Made by a program: the position numbers and the translations under genes. Below, in pieces: positions 44,466 through 54,510 of a DNA stretch of 64,000 bases. Position 1 is the stretch's first letter, and every line of letters begins with the position of its first letter. The notes under the pieces are model-generated. The model had not been told where the DNA came from. It saw only the letters and a program-made list of their open reading frames with translations, and made no database searches. The stretch comes from a virus (lineage: Duplodnaviria > Caudoviricetes): the IMG/VR virus record IMGVR_UViG_3300037467_001267, positions 8,096 through 72,095 of that record; one strand, given 5' to 3'.

Positions 44466-45042
44466 GACAACCCTACATCCACCCCACGACGCCGTCAAGC
44501 GGTTCCAAGCAGCGTACGACGCCATCGTGTCCCTCCACCGCCGCTTCTACGACTACATGGCGGAGATGGACCGAGTTCTCAAGTCGGGAGTCCTCGACAA
44601 ACAGGACTTGTGCGACGTGGGCTTCCTGTTCCGACAGTGTCGGGATCAACTCGACGATTGGAGGAAAGACGCTCAGGCACGGATGGAGTTCGTCAACAAC
44701 GTCCTGGGCGAGAAGATGACCCAGGAGGTCGCCGCCAACCCCGACAAGGCCAGCGACAAGGTCGAGGGGTCGATGGCGAACGGCTCGCTGGAGGTCGTTT
44801 ACCGCGGTGCCCCGCCCGCCGTCGGCACTCCGGAGTTCGAAGCGTTCGCGAAGTGGGCGGGCATCCAGGACACGAAGCAGTTCACGGCGGGGCTGATGAA
44901 GGTCTCCTGGACGGAAATGGAGAAGCTGCTGACGGAGTGCATGGAGGCCGGTCTGCCCCTCCCGCCGCATATGAAAACTTGGCCGGTCTTCAACGTGAAG
45001 TACCGCAAGAAAACGTCGCGTGCTACCGACGACGTAAAATAG
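44458..45042 (+). CDS. Hypothetical replication-module protein
   Basis: VSWTEMEKLL..GLPLPP pattern seen in phage replication modules. Confidence 0.6.
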   Translation: MAKTTLHPPHDAVKRFQAAYDAIVSLHRRFYDYMAEMDRVLKSGVLDKQDLCDVGFLFRQCRDQLDDWRKDAQARMEFVNNVLGEKMTQEVAANPDKASDKVEGSMANGSLEVVYRGAPPAVGTPEFEAFAKWAGIQDTKQFTAGLMKVSWTEMEKLLTECMEAGLPLPPHMKTWPVFNVKYRKKTSRATDDVK

Positions 45043-45077
45043 TTCGGTGGCCTGAACCTTTTTGAAGGAGCCATATC

Positions 45078-45935
45078 ATGGCTAAGAATCGTATGGATAA
45101 GCCCACGGGCATGATCAAGGTCGAGGGCGTGAGCGGGGGCTTCCTCGCCACGATCGCGGGCCAAGACACCTCGCTGGCGTCCATGCAGGCGCACGTGATC
45201 GTGCCGCGGCTGAAGGTCATCCAGTCGATGACCGACAAGGACTTGAAGGCGAAGGTGGGCGGGGAGGGTACGGTGTGCATCCGCCCCGGCGACGAGGTGG
45301 TCGCGGCCCTGGAGGAGCCCTTCCTGTTCCAGCCCCGTTTCTTCTACAGCGAATACGCCACCTGGGCGGATCGGAAGGACAACGAGTCCTCCCGCATCAT
45401 CGGGCGGAGCTTCGACCCCCAGAGCGAGATCGCCAAGAAGGCGGCGGACGCCAAGCGGCGTAAAGAGATGTACCCCGACCAGGAGAAGAAGCCCGAGGAC
45501 AAGCGGCTGTACTACAGCCACGTCCATCACTTCTGCTGGTTCGGCGTCATCTACGGCGAGCACCCGCTGGCCGGCAACGAAGTCGTGCTGTCGATGGAGC
45601 GGGGCGAGTTCGGCCAGGGCCGGCAGTTCATCACCGCGATCTCCATGCGGAAGTTCCAGCCCGAAGGTGCCGACAAGAAGGTGCCCGTGCCGCTCTGGGC
45701 GCAGGTCTGGCAGCTCACGTCCAACTCCCGCACCCGCAACGGCAACACCTGGTACGGGTTTGACTTCAAGGCCCCGGAGGGCCACCCCGGGATCATTCGG
45801 GACGACGAGGTGGAGCACGCCCAGTCCGAATACGCCCGGCTGGCGCAGCTCCATGAGGAGCGTCGGCTCCAGGTCGATCACGCCGAGGGCGACGAGACGG
45901 ACGCTGGCGAGGCGTCCACGACCAAGTTCGCCTGA
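45078..45935 (+). CDS. Putative ssDNA-binding protein
   Basis: PRLKVIQSM; aromatic beta core; acidic C-tail ending in F. Confidence 0.55.
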   Translation: MAKNRMDKPTGMIKVEGVSGGFLATIAGQDTSLASMQAHVIVPRLKVIQSMTDKDLKAKVGGEGTVCIRPGDEVVAALEEPFLFQPRFFYSEYATWADRKDNESSRIIGRSFDPQSEIAKKAADAKRRKEMYPDQEKKPEDKRLYYSHVHHFCWFGVIYGEHPLAGNEVVLSMERGEFGQGRQFITAISMRKFQPEGADKKVPVPLWAQVWQLTSNSRTRNGNTWYGFDFKAPEGHPGIIRDDEVEHAQSEYARLAQLHEERRLQVDHAEGDETDAGEASTTKFA

Positions 45936-46045
45936 TAGAAGCTAGTAACATCGTAGTGTCCCTGTCGTGACGGCGGCAAACCGTCACGGCGGTTTGTTAC
46001 GCCAACACGGGCAACGTTGGCGGCTAACTATCTAGGAGTTGTGGC

Positions 46046-48943
46046 GTGACCAAAGGTAAGACGAGTCTGCCGATCGAACGGATTAACGCTCTGGCGGAGC
46101 TGGAGCGTTGGGATTGGAAGTATGAGCCGCTCGGCAACAACGAAGTCAAGATCTGCTGTCCCGTCCATGAGGACAAGTCCCCGTCGGTCAACCTCGACGT
46201 GGAGCAGAACCTTTGGAAGTGCCACGTATGCCCGGCCCGGGGCGACATCGTCTCGCTGATCGCGGCCATCGCCACCCGAACGTCGGGCAAGCAGATCGAC
46301 CGCTCCACGGTCATCAACGATCTGGGGTCTCGGTACGACCTGGAATCGATCAAGGTGCTCTCCCAGGACGTGGTCGAGAAGCATCACCAGGCCGTCTGGG
46401 AGGCGGGGCCGCTCCTCCAGGCCCTGTACGACCGCGGCGTAACCGACGCCGACATCCGCGAGGCACGGCTGGGGTACTGGGAGGGCCGCATCTCCATCCC
46501 CGTCTACGACGAGCATTGGAACGTCGTGAACATCCGGCGGTATCTCCCCGGGGCTCCCGGCCCCGAGAAGATGCGGAACATGAAGGGGTACGGGCGACCC
46601 GCCCGGATGTACCAGATCGCCGATCTGAAGTACGAGAAGGTCTGGCTATGCGGCGGGGAGTTGAAGGCCCGCGTCGTCAAGCGACTCCTCAACCCGCATG
46701 GGGTCGGGGCCGTGGCCCTGACGGAGGGCGAGGGTAACTGGGAGCATAAATACTCCCAGAAGTTCAAGGACAAAGTCGTCTACATCTGCTACGACATTGA
46801 CGCTGTGGGCTTCCATAACAGCCGCAAGGTCGCGGGGTACATCGCCCGGTTCGCCAAGGCGGTCTTGCTTATCCGGCTGCCGCTCGACCCCGGGAAGTAC
46901 CCCAAGGGCGACGTCAACGACTACGTGGGCCAGGAGCACGCGACGGACGCCGACCTGCTCCGCCTGATGGCGGAGGCGACGGAGTTCATCCCCGACGACC
47001 CGACTACTCCGGAGGACACGTCGAGCGTCCGCAAGGTCAAGCTCGTGGACGCGACCCGTCCGGAGAACGTCGGCCATCGGCTGGAGATGGACGGCACGGT
47101 GAACGCGATGGAGGAGACCCCGTACCTCATCCCGCGAACGATCGGCTGCGCTTGCGACCGCAACCAGCCCGAGTGTACGCGGTGCCCGGTGCTCCCGCAA
47201 GACCCGCACCCCGACACCGGCAAGGTCGTGCTGAAGATCCGCGGCACGTCGATGGGGATGCTGAACATGGTCGGCTCGCCCGAGAAGCTCCAGCGGGAGA
47301 GCATCCGCGAGTCGCTGGGAATCCCGACATGTAAGAGCGTGACGTTCACCGTCCAGGACCACTTCAACGTCTGGGACGTTCGGCTCTCACCGCAGCTGAC
47401 GATCAGCGGGAGCAACGCCGACAACGTCAACATGCCGGCCCTGGTCGTGTCCGAAGAGATCGACCTGAACGTGCCGTACGTCCTCCAGGGCAGGATCTAC
47501 CCGCACCCCAAGAACCAGCAGGCCGTCCTGGTCATCGACGAAGTCAAGCAGGCGGAGGACTCGCTGAATTCCTTCACGCCGACGGCCAGCGAGCTGGAGA
47601 CGCTCAAAGTCTTCCAGCCCGCCGAGTGGACGACCAAGGGGATCAAAGAGAAGCTGGACGACTTCTATGCGGACATCGAGTTCAACGTCACGCGCATCTA
47701 CCACCGGCGGAATCTACACGTCCTCATGGATCTCGTCTACCACTCCGCCCTGTACTTCTACTTTGACGGGCGGCTCCAGAACGGGTGGGTTAACGCTCTC
47801 GTGGCGGGAGACACTTCGCAAGGCAAGAGCGAGGCGACGACGCGCATTATGGGGCACTACGGTCTCGGTGAGCGAGTCGAGTGTAAGAACGCGACTGTCC
47901 CGGGCCTGCTCGGGGGTTTCGAGAACCTTGGTAACAAGATGTTCGTTAAGTGGGGTGCCGTCCCGACCCATGACCGCCGGTTTGTCGTGCTCGAAGAGGT
48001 CAACGGAGCCGCCGTCGAGGTCATCGGCAAGCTCACCGACATGCGAAGCTCCGGCATCGCGGAGCTACAGAAGGTCGGCGGTGTGCGACGGGCTCATGCT
48101 CGTACAAGACAGCTATGGACGGGCAACTCCCGATCGAACCGCCGGGTAAGCCAGTTTAATTTCGGGGTGGAGCTGCTACAGGAGCTCATCGGCTCCGCCC
48201 AGGACGTGCGGCGGTTCGACGTGGCGATGGTCGTGTCTAAGTCGGACGTAGACCCGAAAGAGATCAACAAAGCCCAGGAGGAGCGGCCCCGTGTGGAACA
48301 TAAGTACACTCCTGAGTTGTGTCGCCGCCGCGTGCTTTGGGCTTGGACTCGCAGCCCAGCTCAGGTTGTCTTCGACAAAGAGGCGGAGAGGGCGTGCCTG
48401 GCGGGAGCGGCAGACATGTGTGCGAAATACTCTGAGGAAATCCCCCTGGTGGACAAGGGTACGATGCGGTTTAAGATTGCTCGCCTGGCTGTTGCGTGCG
48501 CGGCCTGTACGTTCTCGACGGGCGACACGACGGAGAGCGTGAGGGTGCGGGAGTGCCACGTCGAGTTCGTGTCGAAATGGCTCGACAGAATCTACTCCGG
48601 TTCGACCCTAGGCTACCACGACTTCTCTCGGGCCGTACAGTTCGCCCAACAGCTCAAAGATCCGGAGATCGTGGAGTCCCACATCCGTACGCAGAAGTTC
48701 CCGCGGGACTTCGTGGACAACCTCCTCCACTCGAAAGAGATCACCCTCAACGACATTATGGACTGGTGCGAGGTCGACAAGGACGCCGCCCAGAAGGTCT
48801 TGTCGGTTCTGGTGCGTAAGAATGCGATTTACCGCGATGGTCGCTTCTACGCCAAGACGCCGACATTCATCTCCCTACTCAAACACCTCCAGGCCAAGGG
48901 CGACCTGCCGGAGAACAACATCGCCAAGGACAAGTTCGCATGA
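46046..48943 (+). CDS. Primase (CHC2 Zn finger plus TOPRIM) fused to MCM-like AAA+ helicase
   Basis: CCPVHED..CHVC; YICYDIDAVG; CACD..CTRC; AGDTSQGKS; VVLEEVN; RRFDV. Confidence 0.8.
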   Translation: MTKGKTSLPIERINALAELERWDWKYEPLGNNEVKICCPVHEDKSPSVNLDVEQNLWKCHVCPARGDIVSLIAAIATRTSGKQIDRSTVINDLGSRYDLESIKVLSQDVVEKHHQAVWEAGPLLQALYDRGVTDADIREARLGYWEGRISIPVYDEHWNVVNIRRYLPGAPGPEKMRNMKGYGRPARMYQIADLKYEKVWLCGGELKARVVKRLLNPHGVGAVALTEGEGNWEHKYSQKFKDKVVYICYDIDAVGFHNSRKVAGYIARFAKAVLLIRLPLDPGKYPKGDVNDYVGQEHATDADLLRLMAEATEFIPDDPTTPEDTSSVRKVKLVDATRPENVGHRLEMDGTVNAMEETPYLIPRTIGCACDRNQPECTRCPVLPQDPHPDTGKVVLKIRGTSMGMLNMVGSPEKLQRESIRESLGIPTCKSVTFTVQDHFNVWDVRLSPQLTISGSNADNVNMPALVVSEEIDLNVPYVLQGRIYPHPKNQQAVLVIDEVKQAEDSLNSFTPTASELETLKVFQPAEWTTKGIKEKLDDFYADIEFNVTRIYHRRNLHVLMDLVYHSALYFYFDGRLQNGWVNALVAGDTSQGKSEATTRIMGHYGLGERVECKNATVPGLLGGFENLGNKMFVKWGAVPTHDRRFVVLEEVNGAAVEVIGKLTDMRSSGIAELQKVGGVRRAHARTRQLWTGNSRSNRRVSQFNFGVELLQELIGSAQDVRRFDVAMVVSKSDVDPKEINKAQEERPRVEHKYTPELCRRRVLWAWTRSPAQVVFDKEAERACLAGAADMCAKYSEEIPLVDKGTMRFKIARLAVACAACTFSTGDTTESVRVRECHVEFVSKWLDRIYSGSTLGYHDFSRAVQFAQQLKDPEIVESHIRTQKFPRDFVDNLLHSKEITLNDIMDWCEVDKDAAQKVLSVLVRKNAIYRDGRFYAKTPTFISLLKHLQAKGDLPENNIAKDKFA

Positions 48944-49575
48944 TACACGATCTGGGATTGATGGTGCGGGCGTTCCATGAGAAATATGGATTCCCGCTGG
49001 ACCGCAAGCTCTCCGACGAGCGTACGCAGAGCGACATGGCGCAAGGAACCTTCCAGACCTCGCAGGCTCTACGCGAGTTCGGTAAGCTCCTCGTGGAGCA
49101 GGCGGAAGCCTGGCGGGTGCCGGCCACCGCGATGCAGCATGACGGAGACGGGCGGCTGTACTCGATTATGATGATGGCGGAAGAGTTCGGAGAGTACGCC
49201 ATCGCCATGGCGGAAAAGAACGAACTCAAGGCTGCGCACGAGCTGGCGGACTTAGCCTACACGGTCTACGGTCGTGGCGAGCAGTACAACGTACCGCTTA
49301 CTGCCGTGTTCGTGGAGCTCCATAAGTCAAACATGACGAAAGAGAAGGTGGGTGAGCGGATGCGGACTCGCGACCAGCCGAACACGTACCTGCCGCCGGA
49401 CATCCGTGCCGCGGTCGTGGCGGGGCGGATCGCCCGGCGGCGTAATGGTATGACCGTCGCGGGATACACCGACGTCCAGCCCCGCGAGAAGGACACGCTG
49501 CGGTTGGAGTGTACGTGTGGTGCATTGAAAGACCCTGGTCATGCCCCGAACTGCCCGCGTAATGGGCTCGATTAA
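48940..49575 (+). CDS. MazG/PRA-PH-like nucleotide pyrophosphohydrolase
   Basis: EEFGE..HELADLAY..VELHKSNMTK. Confidence 0.85.
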   Translation: MIHDLGLMVRAFHEKYGFPLDRKLSDERTQSDMAQGTFQTSQALREFGKLLVEQAEAWRVPATAMQHDGDGRLYSIMMMAEEFGEYAIAMAEKNELKAAHELADLAYTVYGRGEQYNVPLTAVFVELHKSNMTKEKVGERMRTRDQPNTYLPPDIRAAVVAGRIARRRNGMTVAGYTDVQPREKDTLRLECTCGALKDPGHAPNCPRNGLD

Positions 49576-49586
49576 TAGGAGATAGC

Positions 49587-50582
49587 ATGAACACCTTCGA
49601 CACGTTAGACGAACTCTGGCTCGACGCCGCCCACAAGCTCTTGGGCGAGGGCGAGGGCATCGCCAGCCGCGACGGCGGGGTGGCCCGCGAAGTCCTGGGC
49701 TACTCAGCGAGGCTCGCTGATCCGCGTGCGTGCTTTCTGTTCAACCCCGTACGGGCCATCAGCCCCAGCTACGCCGCGGCGGAGCTGCTCTGGTACCTGT
49801 CGGGCACGAGCAATACGACCGGCCTCCAGGAGTACGCCCCGCAGTACAAGCGGTTCACGGAGGACGGCGTCCACGCGTACGGTGCCTACGGGCATCGGAT
49901 CTGGGCCACCCACGAAGTGCTCGCGACCGGCATCGACTTTCAGGGCGACCATTTGCGGCCGCTCTTCACCGACCCCTGGCGACCGGCCGGCCAGCTGGAG
50001 ATGTTGATGGCCCTCCTGTCGAAGCTCCCCGAGACCCGGCAGGCGGTCGTCTCGCTGTGGAGGCCGCACGACATCACTTGCGCCCTCCAGCAGAACAAGA
50101 AGGATCTGCCCTGTACGCTCTCCCTGCAGTTCCTACTCCGCAACGGGAAGCTCAACCTGATCGTCACGATGCGGAGCAACGACATCTGGCTGGGCCTGCC
50201 GTATGACGCCTGGTCGTGGTGCTCGATCCAGCAGCTCGTCGCCACGGCCCTGGGCGTGGAACTCGGCTGGTACCAGCACCAGGCCGGGTCGATGCACGTC
50301 TACGAGCGGAACTACGAGAAGTTCCAGCAGGCGGCGTGGGTGGACAACTTCTCGACGGGGTCGATCGAGTACACCCCATTCTACCGCTGGAACAGCGAGA
50401 TCCGCACCGCGTTGAACGTCGAGCAGGTCATCCGTGAGCGGAAGTCCCTATGTATGCTGGACCGTCCGTTCAAACAGACCCTGCTCGGCCAGACGTGTGT
50501 GATGGCGGCAACGAAATGGGACAAGCTGGCTTGGGAGCATATCGAGAACAAGACCCTTTCGAGGTACTGCGAATGTTTATAA
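49587..50582 (+). CDS. Thymidylate-synthase-family enzyme, predicted dCMP-specific (hydroxy)methylase
   Basis: LPCT catalytic Cys; RSNDIWLGLPYD (Asp at the ThyA Asn177 position); GSMHVY. Confidence 0.8.
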   Translation: MNTFDTLDELWLDAAHKLLGEGEGIASRDGGVAREVLGYSARLADPRACFLFNPVRAISPSYAAAELLWYLSGTSNTTGLQEYAPQYKRFTEDGVHAYGAYGHRIWATHEVLATGIDFQGDHLRPLFTDPWRPAGQLEMLMALLSKLPETRQAVVSLWRPHDITCALQQNKKDLPCTLSLQFLLRNGKLNLIVTMRSNDIWLGLPYDAWSWCSIQQLVATALGVELGWYQHQAGSMHVYERNYEKFQQAAWVDNFSTGSIEYTPFYRWNSEIRTALNVEQVIRERKSLCMLDRPFKQTLLGQTCVMAATKWDKLAWEHIENKTLSRYCECL

Positions 50583-51109
50583 TCGAAGGTGCCGACCATC
50601 TCGGCAAGACGCACGCGGCGAAGCGTATGGTGGAGCTGGCCGAACCCCGGTATCCCGTGCGGTACCAGCATATGTCGAGGCAGAACGCCGCGTTCAACTA
50701 CGGCAGCGACTACCTCGACCTGCTGTCGAAGTACGCCGTCCAGGATCGCTTCCATCTGGGTGCCCTCGTCTACCACGAGCCCGGCACGCTCACGACGGAC
50801 AACCTGTTGACCGTCAAGCGGTGGCTCAAGGATGTGGGCTCGATGGTCGTGATCTTCTACGCCAGCGACGAGCGGGCTTACGAGAAGTCGCTGCGGGAGG
50901 AAGGCAAGGCTGAGATGTTCTCGGTCGAGAAGATCCTGGAGGCCAACGAGAAGTTCCGCAAGCTTACCTATGAGGGAGTCTGCGACTTCTCCTACGACGT
51001 GACTATGTCGGGCTGGGTGTCGGACGGGCAGCTCAAGACGTGGCTCGGCTGGTGGTACTCGCGGATGGACGGATGTGCGAACACGCGGCGGAACTACATG
51101 GCGAGGTAA
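50573..51109 (+). CDS. dNMP kinase (thymidylate-kinase-like)
   Basis: IIEGADHLGKT; QDRFHLGALVY. Confidence 0.85.
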   Translation: MFIIEGADHLGKTHAAKRMVELAEPRYPVRYQHMSRQNAAFNYGSDYLDLLSKYAVQDRFHLGALVYHEPGTLTTDNLLTVKRWLKDVGSMVVIFYASDERAYEKSLREEGKAEMFSVEKILEANEKFRKLTYEGVCDFSYDVTMSGWVSDGQLKTWLGWWYSRMDGCANTRRNYMAR

Positions 51110-51110
51110 C

Positions 51111-51605
51111 ATGCACTTCGGAACAGCACAAGCTATGGAACGGCGATTCCGCGACCTGATGGGTAACCTCCATCGCTGGGCGGAGTCGATGGCGTGCGGT
51201 TGTAAGCGGAAGCAAGTCGGGTTCGCCCTCGTGGCGATCGGCCCCGACGGACATTTCCGCGAGATCTGCCGGGCCCATAACGGCCCGTCGGCTGCGGGGC
51301 ACGAGTGCTCCAACGTCGTGGGCGGCTGCGGATGCGGACACAGCGAGCCCCGCCTCATGATGGCGGCGATGCGTGCGGGGTACACCGCCCCGCAATGGAT
51401 CGACAAGCTCGTCGTCGTCGGCACGTACTCGCCCTGCTCGTTCTGTGCGAACGCGATCGTGGACGCGAAGATCGCACACGTCTGCGTGTACGACATCCTG
51501 ACCGAGCACGACACGCGGGGCGTTGAGATTCTCAATCGGGGATTGCCTAAGGGTGCGGTCAGCATCGCTGACCTGAAGTATGAGGAGATCGAGTCATGGG
51601 CGTAG
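51111..51605 (+). CDS. dCMP deaminase-like protein
   Basis: CKRKQVG..HNG..HSE..SPCSFCANAI. Confidence 0.85.
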   Translation: MHFGTAQAMERRFRDLMGNLHRWAESMACGCKRKQVGFALVAIGPDGHFREICRAHNGPSAAGHECSNVVGGCGCGHSEPRLMMAAMRAGYTAPQWIDKLVVVGTYSPCSFCANAIVDAKIAHVCVYDILTEHDTRGVEILNRGLPKGAVSIADLKYEEIESWA

Positions 51606-52015
51606 AGAGACCGCAAGTCAACCTGGAGATGGACCGCGTCGTGTGCGGGATCCACGGCGAGCCGTTCCGTGCGAAGTGGCCGGAAGGATACCCGACCTTC
51701 GCCGTCGAAGTCTTCCACGCCGTCGCTCAGACGGGCGTGTTCTCGGATGTGGGTGAGTTCAAAATCAACCGCATGCTGAAGACCAAGCCGCTCTGCTGCC
51801 GGCTGAAGGAAATCGACCCGGCCAAGCTCGTGGAGCTGTACGCCCGAACGCCGATGGCGGTGACGGCGGTGTGCTCGCGGTGCGCCCTCCTCAAGCCGGG
51901 TGCCCCGTACAAGTACAACGACCCGCGATCGAACTACGGGCACCTCACCCTGACGCACCTGTGCTTCGAGTGCGTCGTGTACCGGCTGGTCGCGGCCCCG
52001 GGGCGGAGTAACTGA
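51596..52015 (+). CDS. Cys-rich hypothetical protein
   Basis: CGIH, CCR, CSRC, CFEC. Confidence 0.6.
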   Translation: MGVERPQVNLEMDRVVCGIHGEPFRAKWPEGYPTFAVEVFHAVAQTGVFSDVGEFKINRMLKTKPLCCRLKEIDPAKLVELYARTPMAVTAVCSRCALLKPGAPYKYNDPRSNYGHLTLTHLCFECVVYRLVAAPGRSN

Positions 52016-52278
52016 TGTGGATCACCAAGTCGCCCCTCGACTGTCCGTACTGCGGCCACGTCCATGCCGGGCTCAAGCAGGCGTCGTCGGCGTCCGGCTC
52101 GCTGGTCGAGGGTGCGACGGTGATCTGTCCGAGCTGTGCAGGCATCGTCCGATGGGACGGGCAGAAGCTCGCCCTACTCACCAAAGAGCAGAAGGCGGCG
52201 ATGGACTTCCATCCCCAGCGAGCGGAGATGGAAGCGTACGTCGCGGCGATCGTGAAGAAGAGAGGTTTGTACGGATGA
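52015..52278 (+). CDS. Zinc-ribbon protein
   Basis: CPYC..CPSC. Confidence 0.6.
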   Translation: MWITKSPLDCPYCGHVHAGLKQASSASGSLVEGATVICPSCAGIVRWDGQKLALLTKEQKAAMDFHPQRAEMEAYVAAIVKKRGLYG

Positions 52279-54332
52279 TTAAGCTACCCAACGGGGCGAT
52301 GCTGCTCGAGCACGCCCACGAACTGCCCGACTGGAGGGACTGCCGTGACCTGTTCCTGGACATCGAGTCCAAGCGCATCTACAAGGCCCACATCATCGAG
52401 GACGACGACGGGGAGGAGACGGACCACAGCGGTCTCTACCCGTTTGGCGGCGATCGTATCGCGGGCATTGCGGCAGTACCAGACGACCACCCCACGCCCG
52501 TCTACATCGCCGTCCGCCACACGCCGATGTTCTCCCCGAACATCCCCGAGGAGAATGTGCGGCGGTGGCTCGACGACCACGTAGGCATGCGGGCTAAGCC
52601 CAAGCGGTGGAGCAACCATAACATCCTCATCGACGTTGCGTTCGTGGAGCACGAGGGCGTCACGGTCAACGTGGACCTGGACGACACGCTCACCCGGGCC
52701 AAGATGTACGACTCGGACAGGATAGGGCACGGCCTGAAGTCCGTCGTGCCTGCCTGGGGTGGGCCACCGATGAGTGAAGAGCATCGCATCAAGGCTTACT
52801 TAAAGTCGATCAAGTCCAAGTCGTACGCGGACGTGCCCTGCGACCTCATGGGTCACTACGCGACGGACGACGTTCTGGGCAACCGCTGGCTCACCCGGTT
52901 TCTCGACGCTAAGATGCCCGACATGCGGAACATCCCCCGCAACGAGCAACTCCTCACCCCCGTCCTGTACGACATGGAGCGGGAAGGTCTGCTGATCAAC
53001 CGCAAGGAATGTAAGCGGGCTCTCGCCGAAGGCTACCGCGACCTGTTGTTGCTGGGCACCGAGATCGGCATGATCGCCGGGCGGGAGTTCACCAACTCCG
53101 CCGCGTGCCTGTACGACATCCTGACGAACCGCTTCGGCCTGCCCGTCCTAGTCACCAAATGGGAGAAGGACGAAGAGACCAAGAAGTACGTCGACACCGG
53201 GCGGGCCACGTACTCGAAAGACGCCCTCGGCATCTACGCACGCCATCCGCTGGTCCTGGCGGACGAGAACCTGGTCGAGCTGGTGGACCTGATCCTGAAG
53301 TACCGCAAGGTACAGCAGATGGTGAGTTTGTTTTACGAGCCGTTCCTGAAGCTCGCTGACGAACGGGAGTACATCCATCCGACGTACAACCAGCTGGTCC
53401 GGACGGGCCGCATGAGTTGTAAGCGACCCAACGCCCAACAGCAGACCAAGAAGTCCAAGCGGCTGATCAAGCCAGGCCCGGGGAGATGCTTTATCTCCTG
53501 CGACTATTCGCAGATCGAGTTTAGACTTATAGTCCACTACATCGAGGACGTGAACGCCATTAGAGCTTATCAGGAAGATCCCTGGACGGACTTCCACCAG
53601 TGGGTCGCCGACATGATCGGCATCGGCCGCAAGCCAGCGAAGACGCTCAACTTCGGCATGGGCTACGGGGCGGGCCAAAAGAAGGTCACCAGCGAGCTGT
53701 CGAAGAACGAAGACATCATCGCTGACGTCGGTGAAGAGATCAACGCGATGGTGTTGGAAGGTAAGCTCGACCCGTCGAAGCGCAGCGAAATGTTTAACAT
53801 CTTGTGCGAGGAGCGGGCGAGGGCGGCGTACAACACGTACCACGAGACCCTGCCCGGCATCAAGAAGACTTCTCGCGAGGCCGGAGCCTTCGCCAAGAGC
53901 CACGGCTACGTGCGGAACCTGCTGGGCCGCATCCGGCATCTCCCGCCCGAGCGGGCCCATATCGCCTTCAACACCGTCGTCCAGGGCTCCGCGATGGACT
54001 TCATCAAAGAGGCTATGATTAGGTTGGCCCCCCGCTACAACAAGCGGATGCGCGACTGGGACATCAAGATCGTAGCCAACGTCCATGACGAGGTGCTCTT
54101 CAACGCCCCGGTCGAGCTGATGCTGAACGAAGAGGTTCACAGCTACATCCTGGAGAACCTGGAGATGACGAGCGTGCCCCTCCTGGTGCCGTTGAAGTCG
54201 GGGCTCGGCGTGAGCGATCGCGATTGGGCGGAGGCCAGCGGCGACGAAGCCCGCTGGGCGGACGGCACGGTGTGCAAACCAAAGGACTACCGTGGAGACG
54301 ACAGACCTATCGCCGGGCGACTCGTTGGCTAA
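52275..54332 (+). CDS. polA: Family A DNA polymerase with 3'-5' exonuclease domain
   Basis: LDIES exonuclease motif; motif A CDYSQIEFR; motif B KTLNFGMGYG (Phe at the 762-equivalent position); motif C VHDEV. Confidence 0.95.
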   Translation: MIKLPNGAMLLEHAHELPDWRDCRDLFLDIESKRIYKAHIIEDDDGEETDHSGLYPFGGDRIAGIAAVPDDHPTPVYIAVRHTPMFSPNIPEENVRRWLDDHVGMRAKPKRWSNHNILIDVAFVEHEGVTVNVDLDDTLTRAKMYDSDRIGHGLKSVVPAWGGPPMSEEHRIKAYLKSIKSKSYADVPCDLMGHYATDDVLGNRWLTRFLDAKMPDMRNIPRNEQLLTPVLYDMEREGLLINRKECKRALAEGYRDLLLLGTEIGMIAGREFTNSAACLYDILTNRFGLPVLVTKWEKDEETKKYVDTGRATYSKDALGIYARHPLVLADENLVELVDLILKYRKVQQMVSLFYEPFLKLADEREYIHPTYNQLVRTGRMSCKRPNAQQQTKKSKRLIKPGPGRCFISCDYSQIEFRLIVHYIEDVNAIRAYQEDPWTDFHQWVADMIGIGRKPAKTLNFGMGYGAGQKKVTSELSKNEDIIADVGEEINAMVLEGKLDPSKRSEMFNILCEERARAAYNTYHETLPGIKKTSREAGAFAKSHGYVRNLLGRIRHLPPERAHIAFNTVVQGSAMDFIKEAMIRLAPRYNKRMRDWDIKIVANVHDEVLFNAPVELMLNEEVHSYILENLEMTSVPLLVPLKSGLGVSDRDWAEASGDEARWADGTVCKPKDYRGDDRPIAGRLVG

Positions 54333-54510
54333 GTTCGAAGGCATAATCAAAATCGAGGTAGACCTGGCCCAAGTTTCCGGCCAGAAGCAGTTAGAGCGTA
54401 TTCGACAGCTCGTGCTCTCCCTCCAGGAGAAGTACCCATACGGCTGGTCCGCGACTCGCTGGAGGGAGCGGGCCATTTACTCAAGGAACGACGCATATGG
54501 CAACGATTGA
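54292..54510 (+). CDS. Hypothetical protein
   Basis: Small ORF overlapping the polA end. Confidence 0.45.
   Translation: METTDLSPGDSLAKFEGIIKIEVDLAQVSGQKQLERIRQLVLSLQEKYPYGWSATRWRERAIYSRNDAYGND

Noticed and set aside
45965-46025. c-di-GMP-I riboswitch (GGCAAACC)
   Set aside because: It lacks the GNRA tetraloop/receptor and the downstream conserved P2 nucleotides.
52275-54332. DpoZ / 2-aminoadenine (Z-base) system
   Set aside because: No PurZ or DatZ-like genes are visible; the nucleotide genes point to pyrimidine rather than purine modification.
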